NCBI GenBank assembly: GCA_017541325.1
Contig: JAFXZI010000014.1
Span: 45,741-109,740 of the forward strand
Direction of reading: 5' to 3'
DNA from: Bacilli bacterium
GTDB lineage: Bacteria > Bacillota_I > Bacilli_A > RF39 > UBA660
DNA length: 64,000 bases
Numbering within the stretch: position 1 is the stretch's first letter; every line of letters begins with the position of its first letter. Of this stretch, positions 1 through 8,906 are shown one piece after another. Below the pieces are notes generated by a model, which saw only the letters and a program-made list of their open reading frames with translations, ran no database searches and was not told where the DNA came from. The translations under genes and the position numbers were made by a program.

Positions 1-305
1 GTATTCATAATATTAGTATTACCATTTAAATTGCTACCATTCATGTTTCTAAAATTATTACCATTAACATTAGTTGTATTCATATTATTTGAATTACCAA
101 TATTATTCATAAATTCTGGATTATTCATAATATTTGTATTATTAATATTATTTCTATCCATCTCTTTCATAGCATTTAAAGTACTATTAACACTATCCAT
201 TGGATTATTCATAACATTTTGATTGTTCATATTATCTGGATTATTCATATTATCCATACCATTCATGTTATTAGTATTATTCATTCCATTCATATCGTTA
301 TCCAT
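1..305 (-). CDS. Partial CDS (N-terminus only; continues off the left edge). Asn/Met-rich low-complexity protein, MDNDMNGMNNTNNMNGMDNMNNPDNMNNQNVMNNPMDSVNSTLNAMKEM...
   Basis: Reverse complement of 1..305 is open for over 100 codons from ATG at 305..303. GGAGG Shine-Dalgarno at 312..316 with a 5-nt spacer. Periodic ATGAATAAT (MNN) codon repeats. Missed by the ORF track because no stop falls inside the window. Confidence 0.5.
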   Translation of the reverse strand, partial: MDNDMNGMNNTNNMNGMDNMNNPDNMNNQNVMNNPMDSVNSTLNAMKEMDRNNINNTNIMNNPEFMNNIGNSNNMNTTNVNGNNFRNMNGSNLNGNTNIMN

Positions 306-338
306 AAATACCTCCTACTTTGCTTTTAATATTATTTA

Positions 339-1328
339 TTAATCATAATAAATACCCGCAGTTTTAAAATAATATTTTCCATCTTTATATGCAAATATAT
401 ATTTTATTTGTGTTGGAAATTCATCAAGATATGCTCCTTTTTTAGTATCAGGAGCTTTACAATTTCCATATTTATTTGTTTCAGAATTATATTCTTTTAC
501 ATAATAATTAGTAGTTATTGTAAGTAAATTATACTCTTGTTTAATATTATCAATTGAATCATCGCACATATCATAACCGCCAAGTACCAACGTTAAATCT
601 GGTGGTTGATAGTGATTTGCTTCATAAAACAATTTTTTATCCTTGTTATATAGTACACCATATATACCAAATTCTTTCACTTCATCATTTAGTTTTTCAT
701 CAAACATTTTTAAATATTGCTTTTCAACATTTTCAAGCGTTGCATATCTAGTTTTAGTATCTATTTTATACTTACAAGGGCCTCCCCATTCACAATTAGT
801 AACAGATAAATCTGATTCATAACATGAACTCATATGTTGTGCAAGTCCATCTTTATTTAATTGTTCTAAATCCTTACAAGCCATTAAATCTTTTTCAAAA
901 CTATTTCTAACAGCATATTCAAGTTTTAATGCTTCTAAATCAGTTTTATCTCCCAAACCAACTTCTTCAACTAATACATGTAGATAATGATCATAATTCT
1001 TAATTCTATATAATTCAAATAATTCTTTAACTTCTTTACTATCCTTAGTTAGTTTTGGTTGTTGAACAGTTTTATCAATCCAATCTTCTATTTTTATTTT
1101 TTTATTATCATTAGATTCTTTTACTGTTTTTTCTTCTGTCTTTTTGTTGTCTTTTGAAGAGTTGTCTGCTGTTTGAGTATCTTTTTTTTCTACTTTAACA
1201 GTATCTTTATTAGAATTCTCTTTTGATTTAGTATTGTTATACGATGTCTTATTATTTATTGTAGTTCCACAAATAATTGAAACAACACCAATTAAAATTA
1301 TAACAATTCCAATTATGCGTTTCATCAT
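339..1328 (-). CDS. Hypothetical secreted/membrane-anchored protein: N-terminal signal-anchor, Lys/Asp/Thr-rich linker, Cys-containing C-terminal domain
   Basis: 329-aa ORF. Hydrophobic N-terminus (IIGIVIILIGVVSIICG) followed by a low-complexity K/E/D/T segment. 33-nt gap to the N-rich CDS downstream. Confidence 0.5.
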   Translation of the reverse strand: MMKRIIGIVIILIGVVSIICGTTINNKTSYNNTKSKENSNKDTVKVEKKDTQTADNSSKDNKKTEEKTVKESNDNKKIKIEDWIDKTVQQPKLTKDSKEVKELFELYRIKNYDHYLHVLVEEVGLGDKTDLEALKLEYAVRNSFEKDLMACKDLEQLNKDGLAQHMSSCYESDLSVTNCEWGGPCKYKIDTKTRYATLENVEKQYLKMFDEKLNDEVKEFGIYGVLYNKDKKLFYEANHYQPPDLTLVLGGYDMCDDSIDNIKQEYNLLTITTNYYVKEYNSETNKYGNCKAPDTKKGAYLDEFPTQIKYIFAYKDGKYYFKTAGIYYD

Positions 1329-1389
1329 ATCACCCTATAATAATCATATCAAAAAATCAAAAAAAGAGATAAATTTTTATTATCTCTTT

Positions 1390-2763
1390 TTAGAAGTTTA
1401 CTTTTTCCTTTACATAGTCTATTACTTCATCTATAGAAAGAGTTATTTGTTCCATTGTATCTCTATCTCTAACTGTTACAGTACCATTATTTAAAGTATT
1501 ATCATCTATAGTTACTGCAAAAGGAGTACCAACTATATCTGATCTATGATATCTTTTACCAATGTTTCCAGCTTCATCATAATCACACATAAAATGTTTA
1601 GATAGTTTTTCATATATCTCTTTAGCTTTTTCAGAATGATATTTTTTAATTAAAGGAAGAACTGTTACTTTATATGGTGCAAGGAATGGATGAAATTTCA
1701 TATATTCTCTTGTTCCTTCTTCTGTTTCTTCTTCAGTATAACTATTAAATAGTAAAGCAAGACAAGTTCTATCAAGTCCATAAGTAGATTCAATAATAAA
1801 TGGAATAAACTTCTCATTAGTTTCAGGATCTAAATATTCTTGAGATATACCACTATACTCTTGATGTCTAGATAAATCAAAGTTAGTACGATTATGAGTA
1901 CCATTTACTTCACCCCATCCAAATGGAAACTTATATTCTATATCACATGCACTTTTTGCATAATGAGCTAGTTTTTCATGATCATGAAATCTCAAATCTT
2001 CTTCTGGAATACCTAAATCCATATAGAACTTTTTACCATATTCTTTAAAGAAATCATATAATTTCATATCTTCTCCTTCTTTACAGAAAGTTTGATATTC
2101 CATTTGTTCAAATTCTATAGTTCTAAAAGTAAAGTTTCCTGGAGTTATTTCATTTCTAAATGCTTTACCAATTTGTCCAATACTAAATGGTAGTTTAGTT
2201 CTCATACTACGAAGTACATTTAAGAAATTAACATATTCTCCTTGAGCATTTTCTGGTCTTAAATAAACAACTGATTTAGAATCTTGTACAACTCCTCTAT
2301 GAGTTTCAAACATTAACTTAAATTGTCTTATATCAGTAAAATCACTTTTACCACATACAGGACATGGTACTTTATTATCTTTTATATATTTTTGTGCTTC
2401 TTCATTAGTTAATTTATCTCCTAGACTACTATTAGTATAATCATTTAATAGATTATCTACTCTAAATCTATTTTTACAATGCTTACAATCCATTAATGGA
2501 TCAGCAAAAGAATCAACATGTCCGCTAGCTTCCCATACTCTAGGATGCATTAATATATCTGCATCAAGTTCATATGCATTAGGTCTTTCTTGAATAAATC
2601 TTTTTCTCCAAGCATCTTTAATATTATTTTTAAATCTACTACCTAAAGGACCATAATCCCAAGTATTGGCAAGTCCTCCATAGATTTCACTACCTTGAAA
2701 AATGAATCCATATTGTTTACAAAAATTAACCATTTTTTCCATATTCATATTATTACTACTCAT
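1390..2763 (-). CDS. glyQS: Glycyl-tRNA synthetase, alpha2 (GlyQS) type
   Basis: 457 aa. N-terminus MEKMVNFCKQYGFIFQGSEIYGGLANTWDYGPLG is typical of dimeric GlyRS. AGGAGG RBS 6 nt upstream of the first ATG. T-box leader upstream. Confidence 0.93.
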   Translation of the reverse strand: MSSNNMNMEKMVNFCKQYGFIFQGSEIYGGLANTWDYGPLGSRFKNNIKDAWRKRFIQERPNAYELDADILMHPRVWEASGHVDSFADPLMDCKHCKNRFRVDNLLNDYTNSSLGDKLTNEEAQKYIKDNKVPCPVCGKSDFTDIRQFKLMFETHRGVVQDSKSVVYLRPENAQGEYVNFLNVLRSMRTKLPFSIGQIGKAFRNEITPGNFTFRTIEFEQMEYQTFCKEGEDMKLYDFFKEYGKKFYMDLGIPEEDLRFHDHEKLAHYAKSACDIEYKFPFGWGEVNGTHNRTNFDLSRHQEYSGISQEYLDPETNEKFIPFIIESTYGLDRTCLALLFNSYTEEETEEGTREYMKFHPFLAPYKVTVLPLIKKYHSEKAKEIYEKLSKHFMCDYDEAGNIGKRYHRSDIVGTPFAVTIDDNTLNNGTVTVRDRDTMEQITLSIDEVIDYVKEKVNF

Positions 2764-2770
2764 AATATCC

Positions 2771-2898
2771 TCCTAAAAACAAAAACTTCTAGAATTTGTA
2801 AGGACGATTTATCGCGGTTCCACCTTACTTATTCTAGAAGAATCTCTCTTTGTATATAGCTCTGGGATTCCACCCCGTCATCGCTTCAATAACTAAAG
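2771..2898 (-). promoter_or_regulatory. T-box riboswitch leader (glycine-type, short form) with intrinsic terminator
   Basis: Minus-strand RNA contains AAGUAAGGUGGAACCGCG (rev-comp of cgcggttccacc at 2813..2824), matching the T-box consensus AAUUAGGGUGGNACCGCG. Terminator arms CUUCUAGAAU/AUUCUAGAAG (2786..2795 / 2831..2840) followed by UUUUUGUUUUU. Leader about 130-160 nt, as in stem-II-less glyQS T-boxes. Confidence 0.85.
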
Positions 2899-2928
2899 TT
2901 TAATACTTTTTTTTATTTTTGTAAAGAA

Positions 2929-4983
2929 TTAGTGATCAACTACTTCGATATTACCGGCTTGATGTTCAATTGTTCCTGTTTTAAATTTTTGATTTGCAAT
3001 TTGAGCACCTGTAAATGAAGTCCAGTTCCACTCTTTTCCAGTATTATTAATGATTTTAACTAAATAAGGGTCATTTGTTGCTGTTTTTGCAAAAATACCA
3101 TTATTCATACTAGTAACATATTTTGGAATAGATACAGTACCATATGTTCTCCAAGTATATGTACCTGATAATTTAGTTATTTTAGTCCCGTCAGGGGCAG
3201 TTTCTGGAATTACAAGAGTTCCTGTTGTTCCTGGATTAGGTCCAACGAAATCTGATATTTCATTGTATAAAATAGTACCATTTGTAACTTTAAACATAAA
3301 TCCGTTATGAATATATTCACTATTATTTGTAATAACGTTATGATAAAAAGTATTAGTATCAATTGTTAAATTTGGTACATCTGATATAGGAGGCAAGTTT
3401 AATGTTTTAATATTACAACTTAAGAATGCTGCTCCTGAAATTTTTGTTAATGTTACCCCTTCTTTTTTTGCTGGTATAGTTAAAGCATAATTAGCAACTC
3501 TTCCTCCACCATAACTAACAATAGTTGTATAATCCCATTTTCCCTTTCCAGGATTATCTGGATCGGCTATTCTTTTATAGAAAATACCATCTATTCCATC
3601 CATTTTATTTTGAACAAATGCTCCTCCTCCAATTGATGTAACAGTATCAGGAATATCAATAGATGATAATTGATTTCCTCTAAATGCAGTTGAACCAATT
3701 GTTTTTAAATTTGCAGGTAATTTAACACTTGTTAAACTATTACTATAAAAAGCAGAACTATTAATTGTTTCTACTGAATCTGGAATAGTAACAGATCCTT
3801 TTAATCCAGCACTTTGGAAAGCACTACTATCTATAGTTTTTAATTGATATCCGTTTTTCCATTCAGGAATTACTATATTTTCTCTTGTTTCTCCACCATA
3901 ACCTACAATTGTAGTAAAGTCTTTTGATCCATTAGACTTTGTTTTATAAATAAATGCATTAGCATCAGTAAAATTATTGTTTGAGAATGCTGCTCCACCG
4001 ATTGTTGCATTACTATTTATATCGATATCTGATAAACAGTTACCTTGGAACGCATATGATCCAATACTCTTTAATGAAGCCGGAAGAGTTACATTACAAA
4101 TCTTATTACTTGCAAATCCATATGAACCTATTTTTTCTAGTCCTTCAGGAAGAATTAATTGTTGAATTTTTGAATTATAAAAACCAAAATCTTCAATTGT
4201 TTTAACTGACTTAGATAGTTTTACGCTTTTTAAATTATTTCCTTGGAATGCTGCATATCCAATTGTAACAATTCCATCATATGAACGAACACTTGTTATT
4301 CCTTTACCTTTAAACGCCCTATTTCCTATTCGTGTTACTTTTAAATTACCTATTTTAGAAGGTATATCAACATCTAATCCACAACTAGTATTATAGTTAG
4401 TTATTGTTATTGTCTCATCTTCATTTTCTTCCCACTCATAACAATCTTGTCCTTGTTCTAAGGTTATATTTACTGTAGGTTCTGTTTTTTCTTTATTTCC
4501 TTCTTCATCGACAATAACTATATTATCTCTTCCACCTATTGGGAAAGAATTATTAATAGTTTTATCATCAGTTACATAAATTTTACCAATTGATAAATCT
4601 TTTTCTGCAGTTAAATCAATCTTATGTCCTGTTTCATCTACACTTACCCAGTAATATTTAAATTCTTTTTTATTATTAATTACTACTACTACATAAGCCT
4701 CAACCCATTTTCCATAAGGACTATCTTTAACAGCACCATTATCTGTTTCTAGATTCTCTATATTATAATAATATGTAGTATTAGTATCTCTTGCTATTAA
4801 ATCATTTTTAGAAAGCATATTTGCACATATTTGAATGTACTCTCTAGCAGTATTAATATATAGTTTTCTTTTACTCTTGTCTATATAGTTTGATATTCCA
4901 AGAATTGCAATCATTCCCATTATACCTAATAATACAACTACTGCAATTATTTCTATTAAAGTAAATCCTTTTTGATTTTTCAT
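2929..4983 (-). CDS. Type IV pilin-like (class III signal) protein fused to a BspA-type leucine-rich-repeat adhesin domain
   Basis: N-terminus MKNQKG^FTLIEIIAVVVLLGIMGMI is the canonical prepilin/pseudopilin cleavage-methylation motif (G-1, F+1, E+5). AGGTGA RBS favours the second ATG at 4983 over 4992. The C-terminal half has about 20-residue repeats (IGSYAFQGNCLSDIDI, IGSTAFRGNQLSSIDIP) typical of BspA/Treponema-type LRRs. Confidence 0.7.
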   Translation of the reverse strand: MKNQKGFTLIEIIAVVVLLGIMGMIAILGISNYIDKSKRKLYINTAREYIQICANMLSKNDLIARDTNTTYYYNIENLETDNGAVKDSPYGKWVEAYVVVVINNKKEFKYYWVSVDETGHKIDLTAEKDLSIGKIYVTDDKTINNSFPIGGRDNIVIVDEEGNKEKTEPTVNITLEQGQDCYEWEENEDETITITNYNTSCGLDVDIPSKIGNLKVTRIGNRAFKGKGITSVRSYDGIVTIGYAAFQGNNLKSVKLSKSVKTIEDFGFYNSKIQQLILPEGLEKIGSYGFASNKICNVTLPASLKSIGSYAFQGNCLSDIDINSNATIGGAAFSNNNFTDANAFIYKTKSNGSKDFTTIVGYGGETRENIVIPEWKNGYQLKTIDSSAFQSAGLKGSVTIPDSVETINSSAFYSNSLTSVKLPANLKTIGSTAFRGNQLSSIDIPDTVTSIGGGAFVQNKMDGIDGIFYKRIADPDNPGKGKWDYTTIVSYGGGRVANYALTIPAKKEGVTLTKISGAAFLSCNIKTLNLPPISDVPNLTIDTNTFYHNVITNNSEYIHNGFMFKVTNGTILYNEISDFVGPNPGTTGTLVIPETAPDGTKITKLSGTYTWRTYGTVSIPKYVTSMNNGIFAKTATNDPYLVKIINNTGKEWNWTSFTGAQIANQKFKTGTIEHQAGNIEVVDH

Positions 4984-5073
4984 AATATTCACCTACTTTA
5001 ATAATAACATTTTGTATAGTAAAAAAGAGATATTTTTATTGTCTCTTTTATCTATTTTACTTAAAAATGTAAA

Positions 5074-5961
5074 TTATTTAGTTATTTTTCTCTTTTTCTT
5101 TAAAGTATTCTTAGCTTTTGTAGATTTAATATGATTTCCAATAATCTCAGATATATCAGAAACAGTTACAAATGCACTATTATCTTCATCATTTATAATT
5201 CGTCTAAGTTCTGGAAGTTCTAGTCTTGTTAAAACTACATAAATAATATCTTTTTTACCACTTATTAATCCAGAACCTTTCATAATAGTACAAGTTCTTC
5301 CAAGTCTTTCATAGATTAGATTAGATATTTTATCAGAATGATCTGTAATTATCATTATTTCTTTAGCTTGAGTTAATCCTTCACTTACAAAGTCTATTAC
5401 TTTAAAAGTAATTACATATGTAAGAAGTGAATATAAAGCTCTATCTATCCCAAAAATAAATCCAGCAGTTCCAAATATAATCATATTAAATAGTAATACT
5501 ATTTGCCCTACTGAAAAAGAAGTATTTTTACTAATTACAATAGCAACTGATTCAGTACCATCTACACATCCACCAGAACGAATTACAAGTCCAACACCAA
5601 TTCCAAGTAAAGCTCCTCCATAAACAAGTCCTAAAAGAGGATCTCCTGTAAGAGCTGGACTAGATGCGAACATTTCAAGTAGTAGTGAAAATAAAGCAAT
5701 ACTATATAATGCTTTTAATAAGAATTGTTTTCCTAAATTTTTATATCCAACATAAATAAATGGAATATTAATAAGAAATACAAGTAAACCTAAATTAATT
5801 TTAGATAGTTTATGAATAATGATAGAAATACCAGCTACTCCTCCATCTAAAATAGAATTAGGTATTAAGAACTCTTGTAGAGCAAAAGCTGCTAATAAAG
5901 AACCTAAAGTCATTCCTAAAAAATCGATAAATAGTTTTATTTCTTTACTTTTGTATTTCAT
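5074..5961 (-). CDS. YitT-family membrane protein (DUF161 + DUF2179)
   Basis: 295 aa. LGMTLGSLLAAFALQEFLIPNSILDGGVAGISIII N-terminal motif typical of YitT/YqfU. Polytopic. Confidence 0.75.
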   Translation of the reverse strand: MKYKSKEIKLFIDFLGMTLGSLLAAFALQEFLIPNSILDGGVAGISIIIHKLSKINLGLLVFLINIPFIYVGYKNLGKQFLLKALYSIALFSLLLEMFASSPALTGDPLLGLVYGGALLGIGVGLVIRSGGCVDGTESVAIVISKNTSFSVGQIVLLFNMIIFGTAGFIFGIDRALYSLLTYVITFKVIDFVSEGLTQAKEIMIITDHSDKISNLIYERLGRTCTIMKGSGLISGKKDIIYVVLTRLELPELRRIINDEDNSAFVTVSDISEIIGNHIKSTKAKNTLKKKRKITK

Positions 5962-5998
5962 ACCATCACCTATTATTAATTATATCACAAAATATGCT

Positions 5999-7144
5999 TT
6001 ATTCACTTTTTTCTCTATTAAATTTTTCTTCTACTAATCTTACTGGTAATGATTTATCTTTTAATATTGAATCTATAGATTGATCATTATGAATATTATA
6101 AATAATTTGTGCAATTAATTTTGAACAATCTGCAATATGTAACCATTTAGCTTTTTTATATTCTTCTGGAATATAAGATAAGTTTGTTGTATAAAGTCCA
6201 TTAAATTTACCAGCATTATAGTATTCTTCAAATTTATCTATTCCTTTTGTAAATAATGCATATGTAGTAGCAAGATAAATATATTTAACACCTAATTTAT
6301 TTAATTCTTCTATTATATCGAACATAGAGTTACCAGAAGAAATCATATCATCAGAAACAATTGCTGTATATCCATCTAAATCTTTCATACCACTATAATC
6401 ATGAGCAATAATTGGATATTTACCATCAACTAAATTATTATAATCTCTTTGTTTATAAAAGCTTCCTGCTTCACGAGTAATCTTTTTAGAATTAAATGAG
6501 TTTAAATAGACATTACGTCTACCAACAGCACCATTATCAGGAGCTACAAAGACTATTTTTTTTAATCTATTCATACTTAAATCATTAATCATTTTTTCAA
6601 GTATTTGATTTGTAGGAAAGAAGTTATCAAATTCCATATTATGAATAGCATGTTCTACTCCTTGATCATGTGCATCAAAAGTAATAAAACTCTTTACTCT
6701 ACTCATCATATCTAGTTCATGAAGCATCATACCACAAGCTAGATTTTCTCTTGTATTTCTTCTATGTTGTCTACCTGCATATAAAAGTGGCATAACTACA
6801 TTAATACTTTTAGCATGACAATTACATGCTCCTATACCATCTTTTAATTGTTGCATTAAGTCATTAGGACTCGTATGATTAATAAATCCATGCATTTTGT
6901 ATTCTAAAGAGTAATTACCAATATCTGTTAACATAAACATATCTTTTCCACGAACAGTTTCATTTATTTCTACTTTCAAATGCCCATCTTCAAAATAGTT
7001 TTGTTTAATCGGAATTAAAAAAGTATTTTTTTCTTTATCAAGATTATACATTTCTAATAAATGTTCATCTACTTTTTTCCCTAATTCTTCTGCACTATCA
7101 AATACCATTAGTCTTAAATTAATTGTTTCATTTTGTTTCTTCAT
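5999..7144 (-). CDS. Ribose-phosphate pyrophosphokinase family protein (Prs paralog, with insertions)
   Basis: 381 aa. Type I PRTase loop IVSDDMISSGNS. FxDGE..V.I.E.VRGKDMF N-domain pattern. RQHRR and TFDAHDQG motifs paralleling the Prs RQDRK / DLHA regions. AAGGAG RBS. Confidence 0.6.
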   Translation of the reverse strand: MKKQNETINLRLMVFDSAEELGKKVDEHLLEMYNLDKEKNTFLIPIKQNYFEDGHLKVEINETVRGKDMFMLTDIGNYSLEYKMHGFINHTSPNDLMQQLKDGIGACNCHAKSINVVMPLLYAGRQHRRNTRENLACGMMLHELDMMSRVKSFITFDAHDQGVEHAIHNMEFDNFFPTNQILEKMINDLSMNRLKKIVFVAPDNGAVGRRNVYLNSFNSKKITREAGSFYKQRDYNNLVDGKYPIIAHDYSGMKDLDGYTAIVSDDMISSGNSMFDIIEELNKLGVKYIYLATTYALFTKGIDKFEEYYNAGKFNGLYTTNLSYIPEEYKKAKWLHIADCSKLIAQIIYNIHNDQSIDSILKDKSLPVRLVEEKFNREKSE

Positions 7145-7160
7145 CTTCTTCTCCTTTTCT

Positions 7161-7193
7161 ACATAAAAAAGAGTAAGCTAAAAACTTACTCTT
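7161..7193 (-). terminator. Hairpin (9-bp stem AAGAGTAAG/CTTACTCTT) plus U-run between the flippase gene and the prs-like gene, ending 16 nt before the prs-like start codon
   Basis: Perfect inverted repeat at 7169..7177 / 7185..7193; minus-strand RNA is followed by UUUUAUGU. Could be a terminator for the upstream gene or an attenuator-type leader element. Confidence 0.5.
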
Positions 7194-7284
7194 TGTTTAT
7201 ATTTAAATTACTACATAAATTGGATTTGTTAAACATATTACCATCTCCATTTTAAGTATATCATAAGAAATAAAAAAAAGAATA

Positions 7285-8823
7285 TTAACTTATTCTTTTT
7301 CTTTTAAATATTTTTCTAATTATACTCTTCATTAAATCTAAAAAGTATTTAAATTCCTCAGTATTATGAAATAGTATAAAGAATATTAAATTAGGAATTA
7401 ATACACACATTAGACACTTAAATATAAATATTAATAATACTGGTCCAGTAAGTAAACTAAGTAAATAATACATTATATAGGCTAAAGCAATAGTAAAGAT
7501 CATTCTTAGAATATATTCCATATAATATTTAGAAACACTTACTTTAAACCCATCTTTATAAAGAATAAATACTTCTATCCAGAAAGGAAGTGTAAAATAA
7601 CTAATTAAAGTTCCCAAAAATACTCCAAGTACTCCTAATTTTATAGATAGAATAATAGAAATACCAATATTAGCTATTGCTTCATAAATAGTTATATATC
7701 TATCTTTATAAAAGATTCCACTAGCTTCTCTAAATGAATTAACTACTTTTCTCATTACTGTAAAATAGAATATTAATACTAAAACTAAGACTATTTCTAT
7801 ATTAAATATATATTCTTTTCCCGCTATGATTTCAATAAAATCATTAAATAATACCATTAAACATATTGAACAGAAAAAAGCAATCCAGAAAGTAGCTAAA
7901 TTAGCTTTGTTAAATAATTCTATTCTTCTTTTTTCATCTTGGTCTACCCAAAAGTTTCCTACTCCAGGAGTAAGAGATGTATATACTTGATTAATTATCA
8001 TATATAGTGCATACATAACTAAGTAATAGTTAGAATAAAAACCAACCGCTTCCAAACTAACAAATTTAGATATTACAAGGTTATCAGTAGAATTAACTGC
8101 TACTCCACCTACTTTTTTTAGCATTAATGCTTTAGTGTTTTTAATTATTTCTTTAGTATCTTTCTTATCTAATTTCTTAACATTCTTTTCTTTTAAGAAT
8201 GGATACATTTTATCAGCTTTTTTAGATAATGCCCAGTTAGAAATAATAGTTAAGATAACTTGAATAATTAAATATCCAAAATAATCATGTGACATAAATA
8301 AATATATTATTTGTAATACATTCATTAATATATAAAAACTATATCTATAAATAGTTTCTATATGTCTATTTTGATCTGCTAAAATAAGATTTCTCTTATA
8401 TGAAAAGAAATAAGATACTGCAGTATTTGTTACAAATAACATATATATTATTTCTATGCCTTCGATATCAGGCATATCTTTAATAAAAAATGATAAAAAT
8501 GGTGTTAAAAGAAATCCGATTGCAAATATAACTACACCTATTACAGAATATACATGTTTAAATAAAAGCATTAAGGATTTTATCTTTTCATTATCATGTT
8601 TTGCAAGTGGTCTATATAAAGAATAAGTTATTGCAGTTCCAACACCAAGTTCAGTTAATGATAAAATCGTTAAGATATTTGAGAACAATCCATTTAATCC
8701 CAAATAAGTACTATTTAATACTCTAATAAAAACAATACGGACAATAAAACTAGCTATAATACCTAATGTTTGTCCGATAAGTGACCAATATACATTTCTA
8801 ACCATATTATTTGTTCTAGACAT
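7285..8823 (-). CDS. Polysaccharide biosynthesis protein / MOP-superfamily oligosaccharide flippase (Wzx/MurJ-like)
   Basis: 512 aa with about 14 TM segments. N-terminal motif WSLIGQTLGIIASFIVRIVFIRVLNSTYLGLNGLFSNILTI typical of PST-family flippases. Confidence 0.75.
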   Translation of the reverse strand: MSRTNNMVRNVYWSLIGQTLGIIASFIVRIVFIRVLNSTYLGLNGLFSNILTILSLTELGVGTAITYSLYRPLAKHDNEKIKSLMLLFKHVYSVIGVVIFAIGFLLTPFLSFFIKDMPDIEGIEIIYMLFVTNTAVSYFFSYKRNLILADQNRHIETIYRYSFYILMNVLQIIYLFMSHDYFGYLIIQVILTIISNWALSKKADKMYPFLKEKNVKKLDKKDTKEIIKNTKALMLKKVGGVAVNSTDNLVISKFVSLEAVGFYSNYYLVMYALYMIINQVYTSLTPGVGNFWVDQDEKRRIELFNKANLATFWIAFFCSICLMVLFNDFIEIIAGKEYIFNIEIVLVLVLIFYFTVMRKVVNSFREASGIFYKDRYITIYEAIANIGISIILSIKLGVLGVFLGTLISYFTLPFWIEVFILYKDGFKVSVSKYYMEYILRMIFTIALAYIMYYLLSLLTGPVLLIFIFKCLMCVLIPNLIFFILFHNTEEFKYFLDLMKSIIRKIFKRKRIS

Positions 8824-8906
8824 ATCGACACCTCAAAGAAATTATATCATTTCCATATATTTTCTACAATTAGCAATAAAAAAATAGACATTTGTTGGAC
8901 AAATGT

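Noticed and set aside
31-222. 63-aa plus-strand ORF in the ORF track
   Set aside because: It is the antisense frame of the Asn/Met-rich minus-strand CDS (1..305), which has the RBS and codon periodicity; a low-complexity artefact.
1-310. Possible CRISPR array or tandem DNA repeat (repeated ttattcata/attattcat units)
   Set aside because: The periodicity is 9 nt (three codons, MNN) and degenerate, with no unique spacers; it is a coding repeat. No cas genes or repeat-spacer arrays occur anywhere in the window.
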